Source: an uncultured Methanosarcinaceae archaeon (GTDB lineage Archaea; Halobacteriota; Methanosarcinia; Methanosarcinales; Methanosarcinaceae). From it: a stretch of 64,000 bases of DNA. The translations under genes and the position numbers were made by a program. The stretch is taken from positions 64,001 through 128,000 of the forward strand of contig CAWJYV010000002.1 in the NCBI GenBank assembly GCA_963847185.1, in the 5' to 3' direction. Below, one piece after another: positions 10,969 through 22,477 of this stretch. The notes under the pieces were generated by a model. The model had not been told where the DNA came from. It saw only the letters and a list, made by a program, of their open reading frames with translations, and made no database searches. How positions within the stretch are numbered: position 1 is the stretch's first letter; each line of letters begins with the position of its first letter.

Positions 10969-11094
10969 TTAACTTTTAGCCTTTTTTAAATTCCTTTTGT
11001 TCGGGGGGATATACAACTAAGGATGTGATAAGATTGCATTTTCAAAAATTAATGCTAATCCATCTATTTTGACCAAGACAGTCTTTCGGCCCAA
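10969..11094 (-). pseudogene. Truncated paralog of the 70-aa ORF at 2785-2997
   Basis: Reads (M)GRKTVLVKIDGLALIFENAILSHP*LYIPPNKRNL versus MDRKTVLAKIDELALIYENGVLSHPYWYIPPNKRYL. Upstream DNA is also homologous (11095-11186 versus 2998-3094). Confidence 0.85.
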
Positions 11095-11285
11095 AATCCC
11101 TTCGAGTAATAGTCATTACACTTCTCCAAACTTCTTTTATAACTGATAAATACTATTAAGATTCTCTTTTGGATTAATGTTTTCTCTTTATATTCTTTTA
11201 TTAGCTCCTTTATCCAGTCTTTTAAAGTCGCCATTACGTTTAATCCTGGGAATGAATTTGGCAGGGAACTTATATCATATTTTAC

Positions 11286-12260
11286 TCATTTGCCTCTCCG
11301 ATTCTTTTTATCAAAAGCTCTGAGGAAAGACTGAAGGCGTTTTTCGGGGATACGGGCTCCTGCTGCAAGAGGATGTCCTCCTCCGCTTCCTCCGAACTTA
11401 GGAGCAACAGAGCGGAGCAGACGGTTTATGTCAATTTTCCCTCGGGAACGGATGCTGAGATCATAAGCACCTCTTCTCTCGCGGTATTCGGCTGCAATTC
11501 CAACTTCCTTTTGACCGTACGAGGCTGCATAGATTGCGGCTTTTGAAATGGAGTTATTCGTATTTACAATATAAGCGCTATTTTTCAGTACTTCGACATT
11601 TTCTTTAACAAAAATCCGGACCTTTTCCTCTTTAAGCGCAGCTTCCCTGGCAAGTTCAAGAAGGCCAGAGATGTTCGAAGGGATAATATCATTTGAAAGA
11701 GGAGAAAGCAGATCTCTTTTAAATTCGTAATCTCTCCCTTTGTGAATAATTGCCTGAATGAGAGTGCCTGCCTGGAAGTATAGACTTCTTTTGTCCCAAT
11801 CCCGAACCCAATTCTTTACATGAGGCGTGTTGTCACAGAAATCCCCAATAGCTCCGTAAATTGCTATCCTTCGCATGTCCCGGCTTAATTTCTTCTCAAA
11901 TACTCTGTAGGTCAGCTCGGAAGAGCATGTTTCAATATCATGGTAGAACCACTCTTCCTTCCTGCAGCTTTCCGGAAGCGGATGATGGTCAATGTAGTAA
12001 AGGTTGCATTTTTCAGCAAATTTATTTAGTACTGAATAGAGTTCTGAACAGTGCCGTTCATCAATTGCAATATCGCAGACAATGAGGGTTTCCACGTCTT
12101 CTATAAGATTTAATTTGTCAAGAAGATTGACAGGGCTGGTAAAATATACATATGCGTCCGGATAAGCTGTTTTTGCAATTGCACCGGAGCAAATCCCATC
12201 CGAATCTCCATGGGTAAAAATCAGAGTTTTCTCATTGAGCCGATTCTGGATGTCTTTCAT
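11286..12260 (-). CDS. DHH/DHHA1 family phosphoesterase
   Basis: Motifs HGDSDG, IDHH, GAIGD, SIRSR, GGSGGGH..AAG. Confidence 0.9.
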   Translation of the reverse strand: MKDIQNRLNEKTLIFTHGDSDGICSGAIAKTAYPDAYVYFTSPVNLLDKLNLIEDVETLIVCDIAIDERHCSELYSVLNKFAEKCNLYYIDHHPLPESCRKEEWFYHDIETCSSELTYRVFEKKLSRDMRRIAIYGAIGDFCDNTPHVKNWVRDWDKRSLYFQAGTLIQAIIHKGRDYEFKRDLLSPLSNDIIPSNISGLLELAREAALKEEKVRIFVKENVEVLKNSAYIVNTNNSISKAAIYAASYGQKEVGIAAEYRERRGAYDLSIRSRGKIDINRLLRSVAPKFGGSGGGHPLAAGARIPEKRLQSFLRAFDKKNRRGK

Positions 12261-12661
12261 GTTTTACTTCCTTTTTGTTGAGAGCCTTTGATTCCTTTCC
12301 TGTAGGAGCCTATCCCAAAACCTATTTTTTTCCATATCTATAGGAATTTCATAATTACTTTCCTGATCAGTAGCTCAATTAAATATTTTTAAGTTGAGAT
12401 TCAAAGAAGTAGTTTTTGAGTTTTGGGATCAGCTCTAGTTGTAATGAGAACTTAAATCTAAAAGAAGCTTGCATTAATCTTTTGTTTTCCTGAAACCTGG
12501 GGGAAAATAAAGTCAGAGATTAAATGTGATTAAACAAAAAGTAAAGAAGGAAATTAAGTAAGGAAGTAAATAAATCTCAGGTCAAGCGGTATAAATGAGA
12601 AAAATAAATGAGAAAATAGATGTTCCTGAGCCGGAAACATCCAAAATCCCACTGTATTTTT

Positions 12662-14303
12662 TCAAACTCTTCTCTTTAGCAGGAGGCCTGTAACCGTCAG
12701 AAGCCCTGCAAGAGCACAGAAGAAACCGAATCCCGGGATCGAATCATCTTCTGTACTGGCTGTCTGCGCCAAACCGGCAGATCCATTTGAATCTGATGAT
12801 CCATTTGCATCTGAGGATTGGTTTGAATTTGAGGACCCGTTTTTCTCCTGAGAAGATCCAGTTATTCCTCCTGGCTGCGTACTGTTTCCTTCCAGGGAAA
12901 TTGGTACTCCTACGTTAATAACAGAAGCGTTGGAATAGACCTCTCCTGAGTATTTATCAAGATCGATAAAACTTGCTTTGCAGGCAGGAAGCTGGATTTC
13001 TCCTTCTTCATCTATCCGCATGATGTAACTTATGGTTTTTGAACCCCCTCCACTTGCAAGGACCTGCCTGAAATCTGTCTCTCCACTTATTAGTTTAGCT
13101 TCGGAAGGTAAAGTATCGGTTACTGTTACGTTTGCATTGACATTTCCGGTATTCTGTGCCGTAAGCGTCACATTCAGCTCCTCCCCGGGACTTAGCTGCT
13201 GCTTATCAACAGTTTTTGTGACTATGATGTTAGGCCCGTAAACTTTGAAAGTTCCCGATATATTGGAGCTTATTACTCCGTTTCCTCCATTAGGAAGAGT
13301 GAAAGTAGCTACAGATGGAGGAAATGTAAATTCTCCAGGAGTTTCCGGAATGAGAATGTACTCGAAAACCTGTTCAGCCAGCTCTCCGGCTTTTAGAGAA
13401 AGCGTTTTGTTAAGTGTTGTGTTTTCCTTAAGGCGCATTCCGGAAATAATTGAATCGTTAAGTGAAATATCATCTATGTCGCAAAGCCCTCTGTTCCTTA
13501 CAGTAACTGAAACATGCACGGTTTCTCCCATATGACAATCGTTGGGAAAAGTTTTTGAGACAATAAGATTCCACATTTTTCCGACTTTTACCTTTTTGGA
13601 ACCTATATACTCATATTCCTTATCCTTTACATCCGACACATGTAATTTTTGCAGTAATGTTATATTCTGTTTCTTCCCACGGAGCAGGTGCTTCGAGTGT
13701 GAGATTGACAGGCTCAAAATCCTCACTTTTAGAGACCTTTGTATCTGTATATTCACTTTTTCCTTTAATTAATTCCATCCCTGCTGTGTCGACTGTCAAT
13801 ATAACATTTTTAGCTTTTGCATCTCCATCATTTTTAGCAGTTATTGAGACATCTATTCTGTCATTAGAATCATATTCATCTTCATCAGTTTCGACCTTTA
13901 TGTCAAAACCTGGTTCTCCTCTTATAGAAATATTAAGTTCTGCGTAAGGATTCTTATTTTGCGTCTTGAATTCCTTGTCGTCCTTGGTGATAGTCTCATA
14001 ATTAGGATCTACATCCTTGGCACAAACCTTTATCTCGTCATCATATACAAGTTCCATTCCTTCAGAAAGCGGAGAGGTCTTCAGTGTTTCTCCATTCTTT
14101 GAAATCGAAATATAAACCATGTCGTCGCTGAAGTCGTCTGCCTTTATTGTATAGTTCTCTTCTGTTACGGAATCTCCCCAATACAGTTTTACTCCACTCT
14201 GTTTCTCTACCCACTCAATATCATCTGCCGCAAGAGCAGTAGTTGAGAGGATTAAAAAGATGAAAATAGAAAGTATTGCAATCAGTGCAATCTTTTTAGC
14301 CAT
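12662..14303 (-). pseudogene. Ig-like (BatD/DUF11-type) cell-surface protein with PGF-CTERM anchor, split by a 1-bp frameshift near 13633
   Basis: Signal peptide MAKKIALIAILS. ORFs 13620-14363 and 12662-13756 join as ITCV-DVKDKEY if one base is removed. C-terminus IPGFG + hydrophobic helix + KRR. Confidence 0.75.
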
Positions 14304-14725
14304 AGTTTCTCTTCCTTTTATTCTACATTTTCCATACCGGATACGGACACTGGAAGTACGCATTTTGCCTGTGCATTTTGCCTATTTTTCAATAGATAGC
14401 TTTGGACTAGCTACCTGACAGAATATTTGAAATCGTATTGCATTTTATAAATCTAAAAGTGCCTTCTTGTGTAATTTTAACTTAGGTTTTTCAAATAACT
14501 CATAAATTTTTGGTATTATTCATGGATACATTCATGGATACTTGCTAAAATATTATTTCAATACTCTATAAAGTATTTTGTATGAATATATTTTAATTTT
14601 TTCAATGTTCTGAAAAACATAATGAATTCTGGAGGCAAATTCAGGGTTGTAATTAAATGTTATAAAACCTTAATCTGGAATTTAAAACGAGAAAAATGAT
14701 TCATTCCGGATACAGGAGATTTCCC

Positions 14726-15493
14726 ATGGAACTTGCAAAAATAGTAGAAATTCTCGAAGAGATTGCACCGCCTGAACTTGCTGATAACTTTGATGAGGGC
14801 AGGATAGGATTAATCCTCGGCCTGGAAAATAATGTGGAAAGGATAGCAGTTGCCCTTGATGCTAATCCTTATGTCCTTAAGAAAGCCGCAGAAATAAGAG
14901 CAGATTTGCTGATTACTCATCACACTCTTATCTTCCATCCGATAAATAAAATTTCGAAATCTATGGCAGCTTCTCTCAAGCTTGCCCTTGATAATGGAAT
15001 ATCCCTCTATAGCATGCACACAAACTATGACAGGGCTGAAGGTGGTATTAATGATACTCTTGCAGCAAGGATAGGGCTAAAAAGTATCGAAATTTTAGAA
15101 ATAGGCAGGATAGGGGAAATAGAATCATGTTCTTCCGCTGAACTTGCAGCTCATGTCTCGAAGTGTTTGCAGACTCCTGTCATGTACGCCGGAGAAAAAG
15201 AAGGAATCAGAAGGGTGATGGTCTTTGGAGGTAGTGGCTTTAGAGAAGAATTCCTCGAAATTGCCAGAGCAAACAAGGCTGATGCTTTTGTATCTTCCGA
15301 ACTTAAACATGATATTCTCCGCAGCTATGAAGATCTCTGCCTGATTGACGCGACTCACTACGCCACAGAAAACCCTGGAATGAAGGCATTATATGCCAGG
15401 CTGCGCGAACTTACTGGCATAGAGGTTGAATTCATTGAACAGTCCTCCGGGATCAGGGCAATAGACGGTTCTTACATAAAAGAACAGGGATGA
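14726..15493 (+). CDS. Nif3-like dinuclear metal centre protein
   Basis: ITHH, SMHTNYD and DATHYATE motifs; AGGAG upstream of the ATG at 14726. Confidence 0.9.
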   Translation: MELAKIVEILEEIAPPELADNFDEGRIGLILGLENNVERIAVALDANPYVLKKAAEIRADLLITHHTLIFHPINKISKSMAASLKLALDNGISLYSMHTNYDRAEGGINDTLAARIGLKSIEILEIGRIGEIESCSSAELAAHVSKCLQTPVMYAGEKEGIRRVMVFGGSGFREEFLEIARANKADAFVSSELKHDILRSYEDLCLIDATHYATENPGMKALYARLRELTGIEVEFIEQSSGIRAIDGSYIKEQG

Positions 15494-15499
15494 AAGGGT

Positions 15500-15682
15500 A
15501 TGATAGAGAAAAGAAAGGAAGAAAAGGAAAGAGAGGAAGAAAAGATAACAAGTCACCATAAACAAGAAACAACAGGAACCGACCCTTTGGAATTGATGCT
15601 TGAAGAACAGGCAAGAAACCAGGTCCGTTCGGATTATAGGCGCAGTCTGGGCAGTGAATCTCGCAGAAGATATATGGAGTGA
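15500..15682 (+). CDS. Small charged hypothetical protein
   Basis: 60-aa ORF starting 6 bp after the Nif3 gene on the same strand. Confidence 0.5.
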   Translation: MIEKRKEEKEREEEKITSHHKQETTGTDPLELMLEEQARNQVRSDYRRSLGSESRRRYME

Positions 15683-15748
15683 CTCTTTTTCCAGAGTAGC
15701 TACTCTGAAATAGCTACTATTCATTCTGAGTACGCAGTTTTTCATTGT

Positions 15749-16591
15749 TTATTCCGGATAAGTCTCACCTACAATTTTACTTCCAAGTTTATCAACTCTG
15801 CTTCTGGCATTTATTTCGGCTTCATTCAAACATTTTTCAATATGGTTTTCAATGACATGTATTTCTCCTGGCGCTGACATTGAGGACATAATTATATCCA
15901 GATATTTGTGCTCTTTAAGAACCAAAAAAGTTGCCGGAAAATTAATATCAAAAATCCAGCTCAGACGAAGAAGCTTTACGTCGTTCTGGTTCCTAACGTC
16001 TTCGATTTTTGCCATTCTGTTATTCAGGATATCGTTAATTATGGATCCAGAGCATCCCGGGGTTTCAGGCAGATCGAAGTCGATGGCAGGATTCCTTTCT
16101 TTTTCCGTGTAATCCTCACATATAAGCTTAAGAATATCCAGTTTATCTGCATCTCGGATTAGTTTTGAATAAAAAAGCTGTTCTTTCGAATTTTCAGCAT
16201 ATTCAGGAATTTCCATAAGATTGTGATATTCCACAGCTTTCAGGATAAGATTTTTTTCAGTTAGGGGAAGTCGGGAAAGAATTCCTGTTCTTTTTAAAAT
16301 TTTTACTCCAAGAAGAGCATGATTTTCGGACGCCGAGTCTTTAAATGTTTTATATTTTGCAAACTGTTCAAAGCGCCCCAGGTCATGAAACAGAGCTATT
16401 GTTGCGGCGAGCCTGCACTCTTCCTCCCCTCTTTTTTCAGTTTTTGCAAGTAGAAGGATATTTTCACAAACTCTTTCCGTATGCTCAATTTTCAGCTTAA
16501 TGTTATCCTGGATAAAGGAGTCTGGAGAAGAGAACTGAGCTACATAGTCCAGAAACCATTTTCTGAAAAAATCCAGATCTTCTTTCTGCAT
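15749..16591 (-). CDS. HD domain phosphohydrolase
   Basis: KIEHT, LFHDLGR, NHA, YHN and RDADKLD motifs. Confidence 0.88.
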   Translation of the reverse strand: MQKEDLDFFRKWFLDYVAQFSSPDSFIQDNIKLKIEHTERVCENILLLAKTEKRGEEECRLAATIALFHDLGRFEQFAKYKTFKDSASENHALLGVKILKRTGILSRLPLTEKNLILKAVEYHNLMEIPEYAENSKEQLFYSKLIRDADKLDILKLICEDYTEKERNPAIDFDLPETPGCSGSIINDILNNRMAKIEDVRNQNDVKLLRLSWIFDINFPATFLVLKEHKYLDIIMSSMSAPGEIHVIENHIEKCLNEAEINARSRVDKLGSKIVGETYPE

Positions 16592-17054
16592 ATTTTCGCA
16601 ATAGGAACTTCAAACTATAATACTTTGCGTACAAATGAAGCTTATAGATTTAATTTAACTCTAATTTACGAGTATTTCTTAACTTTGGAGTTACAGCAAC
16701 ATTGGTAATTTTATTATCCTTTTATATAGTATTTTCTTACCATGAATTTTTAGACATGTAACACTAATATACTATTACGTAATTATAATGAAAGATCTGA
16801 TGATTTTTAAGAAACTGCATAAATTATATATGTAAGGAACACCCTCAAATTATGTTAGAAGACAGCATGGAAAAATCGATATAACAGTTATAATTATTTG
16901 ATATATGGGCAAAAGGAATTTATTTAGTGAATAATATTCTCTGAATGTTCCCAGTTAAGTGGTCAGGGAGATATTTAGTATAACATTGACTGTAAATTTA
17001 AAACTCTTTGTGAGAAATTTTCGTAGGAACTCATTAGAGTAAACGGGGTATTTA

Positions 17055-20000
17055 ATGAGCTCAACTAAAAAAACTAGTTTAATTGCTAATTTATTCGTCC
17101 ACATTGCTTTCTTAATATGTATTTTTTCAAGTTTTTTACCTGTGGCAGGAGCTATTGCAAACGAAGGATTGGTAATAGGAGATAACGGGACTTTTAATGT
17201 ACTCGATCTTGATGAGGCAATGGGAGAAAATGTGACCTCTGATTTACCAAGTCTTGATGAAGTACTAGCACAGGATCCTGTTTCTGTATCGGGTCTGATA
17301 GATAAAGGCAATTCTCTATATTTCCTGAGAGACTATGACTCATCCATAGGCTGCTATGACGAAGCACTTGAGATAGATTCCAATTCCTCAAAAGCCTGGT
17401 ATGGAAAAGGATGTTCTCTGGCAGAATTAAGAAAACACGAAGATGCAATTAATTCTTATGATAAAGCTCTTGAGACCTTTCCAGCTTCATCTGAGAACTG
17501 GTTTAATAGAGGCAATGAGTTTTATGACCTGAATAAGTATGTGGAGGCTATTAATTGTTATGATAAAAGCCTCACTGAAGACGAATATCTTTCTACAGTA
17601 TGGTTCCGAAAAGCTCGCTCTTTTGAGCAGCTTAATCAAAACCAGGAAGCTCTAACTTCTTATGAAAGAGCTATTGAACTGAGCTCTAATTCTTCTAGTG
17701 CTTTACATCAGAAAGGTATGGCTTATACCAGACTTGAAAAGTATGAAGAGGCAATGAGATGTTTTGACAGAGCCCTTAACATGACTCCTGATGACTATGA
17801 CCTATGGTACCAGAAAGGAGTTATTTTTGATAAGGCCTCAGAGTATGAAACTGCAATAGCTTGTTATGATAAGGCTGTCTCTTATAATCCTGATATGACA
17901 GAAGCCTGGTACAACAAAGGTTTAGACTTTGAGAATATTGGAATGTATCAGGAGGCTCTGACATGTTATGAGTCTGTTCTAATTTCAGGCCCTGAAAATC
18001 TTGGTGCTCTGCAGAGAAAAGGCTCATGCCTTGAGAAGTTGGGAAGAGACGAAGAAGCTCTCCAATGCTATGATCAGGTCCTGAATTATAGCCCTGATAA
18101 CAAAGAGGTATGGTATAGCAAAGGCCGCCTGCTTAATAAGATCGGAAACTACGATGCTGCAATAACCTGTTATGACAGAGCACTTAACCCGGATGCAGGA
18201 ATTATACTGGAAGACATAGACAGTGGCCTGCTTGAAAATCTTCAAGCTTACGAATCCACACTTCCTTCTTACCCCGAAGGACCTGAGTTTAAGTCTCCTG
18301 CGGTTAAGATCTGGTACGATAAAGGGCTGGCATTTGATAAGCTTCAAAACTACGAAGCTGCGCTTGAATGTTATAACAGTGTTACTAAAAACGAATCCGA
18401 ACATGCTGTAGTCTGGTATATTAAAGGGCTTGACCTTGACAGACTTGGAAGATACACGGAAGCTGCGGAGTGCTATGATAAAGCTCTGAATCTAAACTCT
18501 TCATATGCTAAAGTATGGTACAAGAAAGGCTCCGATTATTCAAAAGTTAATGATTATAAAGATGCAGTAAAAAGCTATGACGAAGCCCTTGCTATTGACG
18601 AAAATTATACACTTGCATGGTATGGTAAGGCTTTTGCCCTGGCAAAGATGGGAGAATACGAAGAAGCTCTTGAATGTTACGACAGAGTTCTTATCGTTGC
18701 TCCCTACAGTGCTGAGATCTGGTACAACAAAGGCCTTATTCTTGATCAACTCGAGAAGCCTGAAGAAGCTTCTCAATGCTATAACCAGGCTCTCGTAAGC
18801 AATTCTTCATTTTCCGCTGCTCGTTTCAAGCTGAGCAAAAACACGGATCTTATGTCAACAGAATCTTCATCCCAGCCAGTTGCAAATGATAGCTTTAATG
18901 TCAGTTCGTTAAGGTCACTTTCAGGAGCTTTCTTGCCTTATCTCCTGGACTATGAATATGCTAGCTCAGAAAACCATCCAGACATCTTCAAAAATCTGAA
19001 CTCCTTTGGTCCGGAATTCGGTTATGATGCAGCATGGTATGGGAAAGCTTCGGTATATAGTAAACTCGGAATGTACGAGGATTCCCTTACTTCTTATAAT
19101 ATGGCCCTTTCAATTAATCCTTCACGCAGTGAAGCCTGGTATGAAAAGGGCTCGACACTTGACAGGCTTGGAAGGAGCGAGGAAGCTTTAGAATGTTACA
19201 AGAAAGCTCTGGATCTCGACCCTCAGTCAAGCAGTGCATGGAATGGGATAGCGTCTACTGCAAGCGATCTTGGAAGATCTGAAGAGGCAGTTGGTTACTA
19301 TGATCAGATGCTTGCTCTTAACGCCAGCAATACCGAGGCGCTTTATGGAAAAGGCCTTGCCCTTTCAAATCTTGGAAGATATGATGAGGCTGTCTCCTGC
19401 TTCAGCACTCTCCTTAACTTAGAGCCCGAAAATATTGAGGCTCTTGAAAATAGAGCGCTTGCTCTGACAAAAGCAGGAAAATTCGAAGAAGCACTGACAG
19501 ACTACGATAAAATCCTGGAGCTCCAGCCTGACAATTCACAGGTCCTGGCTGAGAAAGCATCTTTATTTGAAGTGCTTGGAAGATATCAGGAGGCAGCTGC
19601 AAGTTATGAGAAGCTGCTTGAAATTTCTCCAGATAACAGAGAGATAATTTACAGGCAGGGGAAAGCTCTGGAACAAATGGGGGATTTCGAGGCAGCAATA
19701 GGCTGTTACGACAGGATTCTCGAGCTGGACCCGGCGAATATTGATGCTCTTAATAACAAAGGCTTTGCGCTCTCAAAACTGGAGAGATATCAGGAGGCTA
19801 TTGATAACTATAATAAAGCCCTCGAATATGACCCTAATAACGCTGCAGCCTGGTATCTCAAGGGATGTACATATTTCACAATAAAGAGTGATAAAACCGC
19901 CCTAGAGTGTTTCGACAAAGTGATAGAGCTTAAATCTGACTGCATAACGGCCTGGTATAACAAGGGATATATCAATAACGTAATGGGAGACGTTAACGCG

Positions 20001-20576
20001 TCAATCGAATGTTATAATAATGCCCTTGTAATAAACCCCAATGCACCCTCTGCCCTTTATAATAAGCGCTTTGCCCTCTACGCCATAAAGGATTTCGAAG
20101 GAGCTGAATCATGCAAGGTACAGCTCGATTCGGTTGATCCTGGCTTTGTGGAAGCCCTGGAAAAGAGAGGCACTAAATTCTTTATACCCAATACATATAG
20201 AGGCACACTGGATTATTCTCTACCCGCAAGATGGTATGGAGGAGAGGAAGTCTCCTCTGAGAACCTTAGCCTGAACATGACAAATGAGAACGTGACAAAT
20301 GTCCCTCAGCAACCAGAGACTAACTGGGAGTCCTATGAGAATCAGGAAAATAATAGTTCAGAGTATTATCCAGACTCTTACGAAGTCGATTCCGAAGCAG
20401 AAGGAAATATCGACAGCGGGTATTGGGATGATGTTCCAGAATCTAATGAGAGTCAAAACGAAACCGGGGAGTATACTGCCGGATCTGAGGAATATCAGGA
20501 TGAGGGATATACTGATGACTTTGATTCTCAAAACGAAACCGAAAACTGGTCTGTTCCGGAGCCCGATGAAGTCTAA
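17055..20576 (+). CDS. Large tetratricopeptide-repeat protein with N-terminal hydrophobic segment and acidic tail
   Basis: Many W..KG..L..LG.YEEA..CYDKAL repeats; D/E/N/S-rich C-terminus. Confidence 0.9.
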   Translation: MSSTKKTSLIANLFVHIAFLICIFSSFLPVAGAIANEGLVIGDNGTFNVLDLDEAMGENVTSDLPSLDEVLAQDPVSVSGLIDKGNSLYFLRDYDSSIGCYDEALEIDSNSSKAWYGKGCSLAELRKHEDAINSYDKALETFPASSENWFNRGNEFYDLNKYVEAINCYDKSLTEDEYLSTVWFRKARSFEQLNQNQEALTSYERAIELSSNSSSALHQKGMAYTRLEKYEEAMRCFDRALNMTPDDYDLWYQKGVIFDKASEYETAIACYDKAVSYNPDMTEAWYNKGLDFENIGMYQEALTCYESVLISGPENLGALQRKGSCLEKLGRDEEALQCYDQVLNYSPDNKEVWYSKGRLLNKIGNYDAAITCYDRALNPDAGIILEDIDSGLLENLQAYESTLPSYPEGPEFKSPAVKIWYDKGLAFDKLQNYEAALECYNSVTKNESEHAVVWYIKGLDLDRLGRYTEAAECYDKALNLNSSYAKVWYKKGSDYSKVNDYKDAVKSYDEALAIDENYTLAWYGKAFALAKMGEYEEALECYDRVLIVAPYSAEIWYNKGLILDQLEKPEEASQCYNQALVSNSSFSAARFKLSKNTDLMSTESSSQPVANDSFNVSSLRSLSGAFLPYLLDYEYASSENHPDIFKNLNSFGPEFGYDAAWYGKASVYSKLGMYEDSLTSYNMALSINPSRSEAWYEKGSTLDRLGRSEEALECYKKALDLDPQSSSAWNGIASTASDLGRSEEAVGYYDQMLALNASNTEALYGKGLALSNLGRYDEAVSCFSTLLNLEPENIEALENRALALTKAGKFEEALTDYDKILELQPDNSQVLAEKASLFEVLGRYQEAAASYEKLLEISPDNREIIYRQGKALEQMGDFEAAIGCYDRILELDPANIDALNNKGFALSKLERYQEAIDNYNKALEYDPNNAAAWYLKGCTYFTIKSDKTALECFDKVIELKSDCITAWYNKGYINNVMGDVNASIECYNNALVINPNAPSALYNKRFALYAIKDFEGAESCKVQLDSVDPGFVEALEKRGTKFFIPNTYRGTLDYSLPARWYGGEEVSSENLSLNMTNENVTNVPQQPETNWESYENQENNSSEYYPDSYEVDSEAEGNIDSGYWDDVPESNESQNETGEYTAGSEEYQDEGYTDDFDSQNETENWSVPEPDEV

Positions 20577-20607
20577 GATTTGTAGAGCTAAAAAGTAAAA
20601 ATTTTTC

Positions 20608-20634
20608 CGATATGCACTCTAGAATGCATATCGA
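20608..20634 (+). terminator. Possible hairpin terminator after the TPR gene
   Basis: CGATATGCA-CTCTAGAA-TGCATATCG followed by a T-rich tract. Confidence 0.4.
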
Positions 20635-21088
20635 TCTATTTTTCTGAACAATTGAGACAAAACATTATGCTGTTATTTTTATAGATGTGGCATATGTTGT
20701 TTTGCAAGGTCCGTTATTTTCTTGAAATCTCTTTTTTACAGGGTCTCCAGACAAGTTGACGGAGACTTTTCGGTTGATTAACCCAGTATTATCCATTGTC
20801 TTGGTATTGTAAACTGAACACAATATCATAGATTGAATATATTTCCTGATTTATACAGATTTACTAAAAATATTATTACAGTTGTTAGATTTTTATGGCG
20901 AATAATCATGATGAATTTGTGCCATTGGACACTGGAAATTTGAGAAGTCCGCTTAATTTTTTTAATTTGGAACGGATGAGCTCAGCATTTTAGTTCAGTT
21001 TCAGGATTGTTTTCTATAATTGCCGGCTTTTTTATGCTTTTGGGCTTTTTGAGGACAAAAATTCCTTTTTCTGAAAGCTTTAAACCAC

Positions 21089-22318
21089 ATGATGCCTTTA
21101 CCATTATTATCCATGACAGGCAAATCTAATGATACCGAAAAAAGAATTGAGACAGACGTAGTTATAGTCCGCTATGGAGAACTTGCCCTTAAGAGTACAG
21201 GGGTTAGAAACTGGTATGAAAAAATCCTTGTGAAAAATATCTCCTCCATGCTGGATTCCAGAAATATCCCTTACTCCCAGATAAGGCGTGAATGGGGCAG
21301 AATATTTATTGAAACTGCTGATTATCACGCTGCTGAAGCGGCAGCTGACGTTTTTGGAGTTGTTTCAGCTTCTCCGGCGTTAATGTCAGAGTCCAGCCTT
21401 GAGGATGCAGCCAGAGTGTGCGCCTCTCTAGCTCAAGACCTTGTTCAGGAGGGCGAATCCTTTGCTATCAGGGCAAGAAGGAGCGGAAATCATCCTTTTT
21501 CTTCAGCAGACATTGGTAAAGCCTGTGGAGATGCAGTCTGGAGTATACTGGAGGAAGGAGGAAAACGCCCCGGAGTTAACCTGAGTTTTCCTGACAAAGA
21601 GATTTTCGTCGAAATGCGGCAAAAAATGGCTTATATTTATTTGGAGACGTTTAAAGGAGTCGGAGGGCTCCCCCTTGGGACACAGGGCATTATGGTAGTT
21701 CTAATGTCAGGTGGGCTCGACTCCCCTGTTGCAGCCTGGTTAATGATGAAGCGCGGGGTTATGATTATCCCGATCTACTGTAACAATTCTCCTTATTCTG
21801 AGAATGCAGCAAGAGAACGTGCCTTTGATTGCATTCGACAGCTCCAGAAATGGGCTCCTGGATATCAGTTCACTACTTATGAGATTCCTCATGGTCCTAA
21901 CCTTCAATCTTTCATTGCTTCATGCAATCGGAAAAATACCTGTCTTCTCTGCAAACGCATGATGTACAGAGAGGCCTACGAAGTTATGAAAACGGAGGAA
22001 GCAAGTGGAATTATAACAGGTTCCTCTCTTGGACAGGTTGCTTCTCAGACTGCTGCTAACATGCATGCCGAGATTTATCAGCTTGCTATCCCTATTTATC
22101 ACCCTTTGATTGCCTTTGACAAAACCGAAATCATGGATCTTGCGAGAAAAATCGGAACCTACGAAATTTCCAATCGTCCGGCAGGCACCTGTGCTGCAGT
22201 TCCGGAACGTCCCGAAATAGGGGCAAGTTACGACCTCATAGTACTTGAAGAAAAAAAGATGGATATCGAAAATATGGTTTCCAGTGCTTTAAAAGCTGCA
22301 AAAATTCTTAAACTCTGA
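21089..22318 (+). CDS. thiI: tRNA 4-thiouridine synthase ThiI
   Basis: VRYGELALK, THUMP domain, PP-loop SGGLDS, CLLCKR, GQVASQT. Confidence 0.93.
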   Translation: MMPLPLLSMTGKSNDTEKRIETDVVIVRYGELALKSTGVRNWYEKILVKNISSMLDSRNIPYSQIRREWGRIFIETADYHAAEAAADVFGVVSASPALMSESSLEDAARVCASLAQDLVQEGESFAIRARRSGNHPFSSADIGKACGDAVWSILEEGGKRPGVNLSFPDKEIFVEMRQKMAYIYLETFKGVGGLPLGTQGIMVVLMSGGLDSPVAAWLMMKRGVMIIPIYCNNSPYSENAARERAFDCIRQLQKWAPGYQFTTYEIPHGPNLQSFIASCNRKNTCLLCKRMMYREAYEVMKTEEASGIITGSSLGQVASQTAANMHAEIYQLAIPIYHPLIAFDKTEIMDLARKIGTYEISNRPAGTCAAVPERPEIGASYDLIVLEEKKMDIENMVSSALKAAKILKL

Positions 22319-22355
22319 GAAAAACTGAAGTTTTTCTCTCAGTTTTATTTCTAAC

Positions 22356-22399
22356 TTGTCAAAAACTTTAAATTTGTCAAAACTTTAAATTTGTCAAAA
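22356..22399. repeat. Short tandem repeat of about 17 bp, 2.5 copies
   Basis: TTGTCAAAA(A)CTTTAAAT repeated between convergent genes. Confidence 0.7.
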
Positions 22400-22477
22400 T
22401 AAACAGACCACTATCTTTCGGTTACTCTCCAAAAGGATATCGATCATTAAATCGATACACTTCTGCTTTCTGAAAAG

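Noticed and set aside
11017-11019. In-frame TAG as a pyrrolysine codon in the small ORF copy
   Set aside because: It replaces a Tyr codon in a copy that is also truncated, so a nonsense mutation is simpler.
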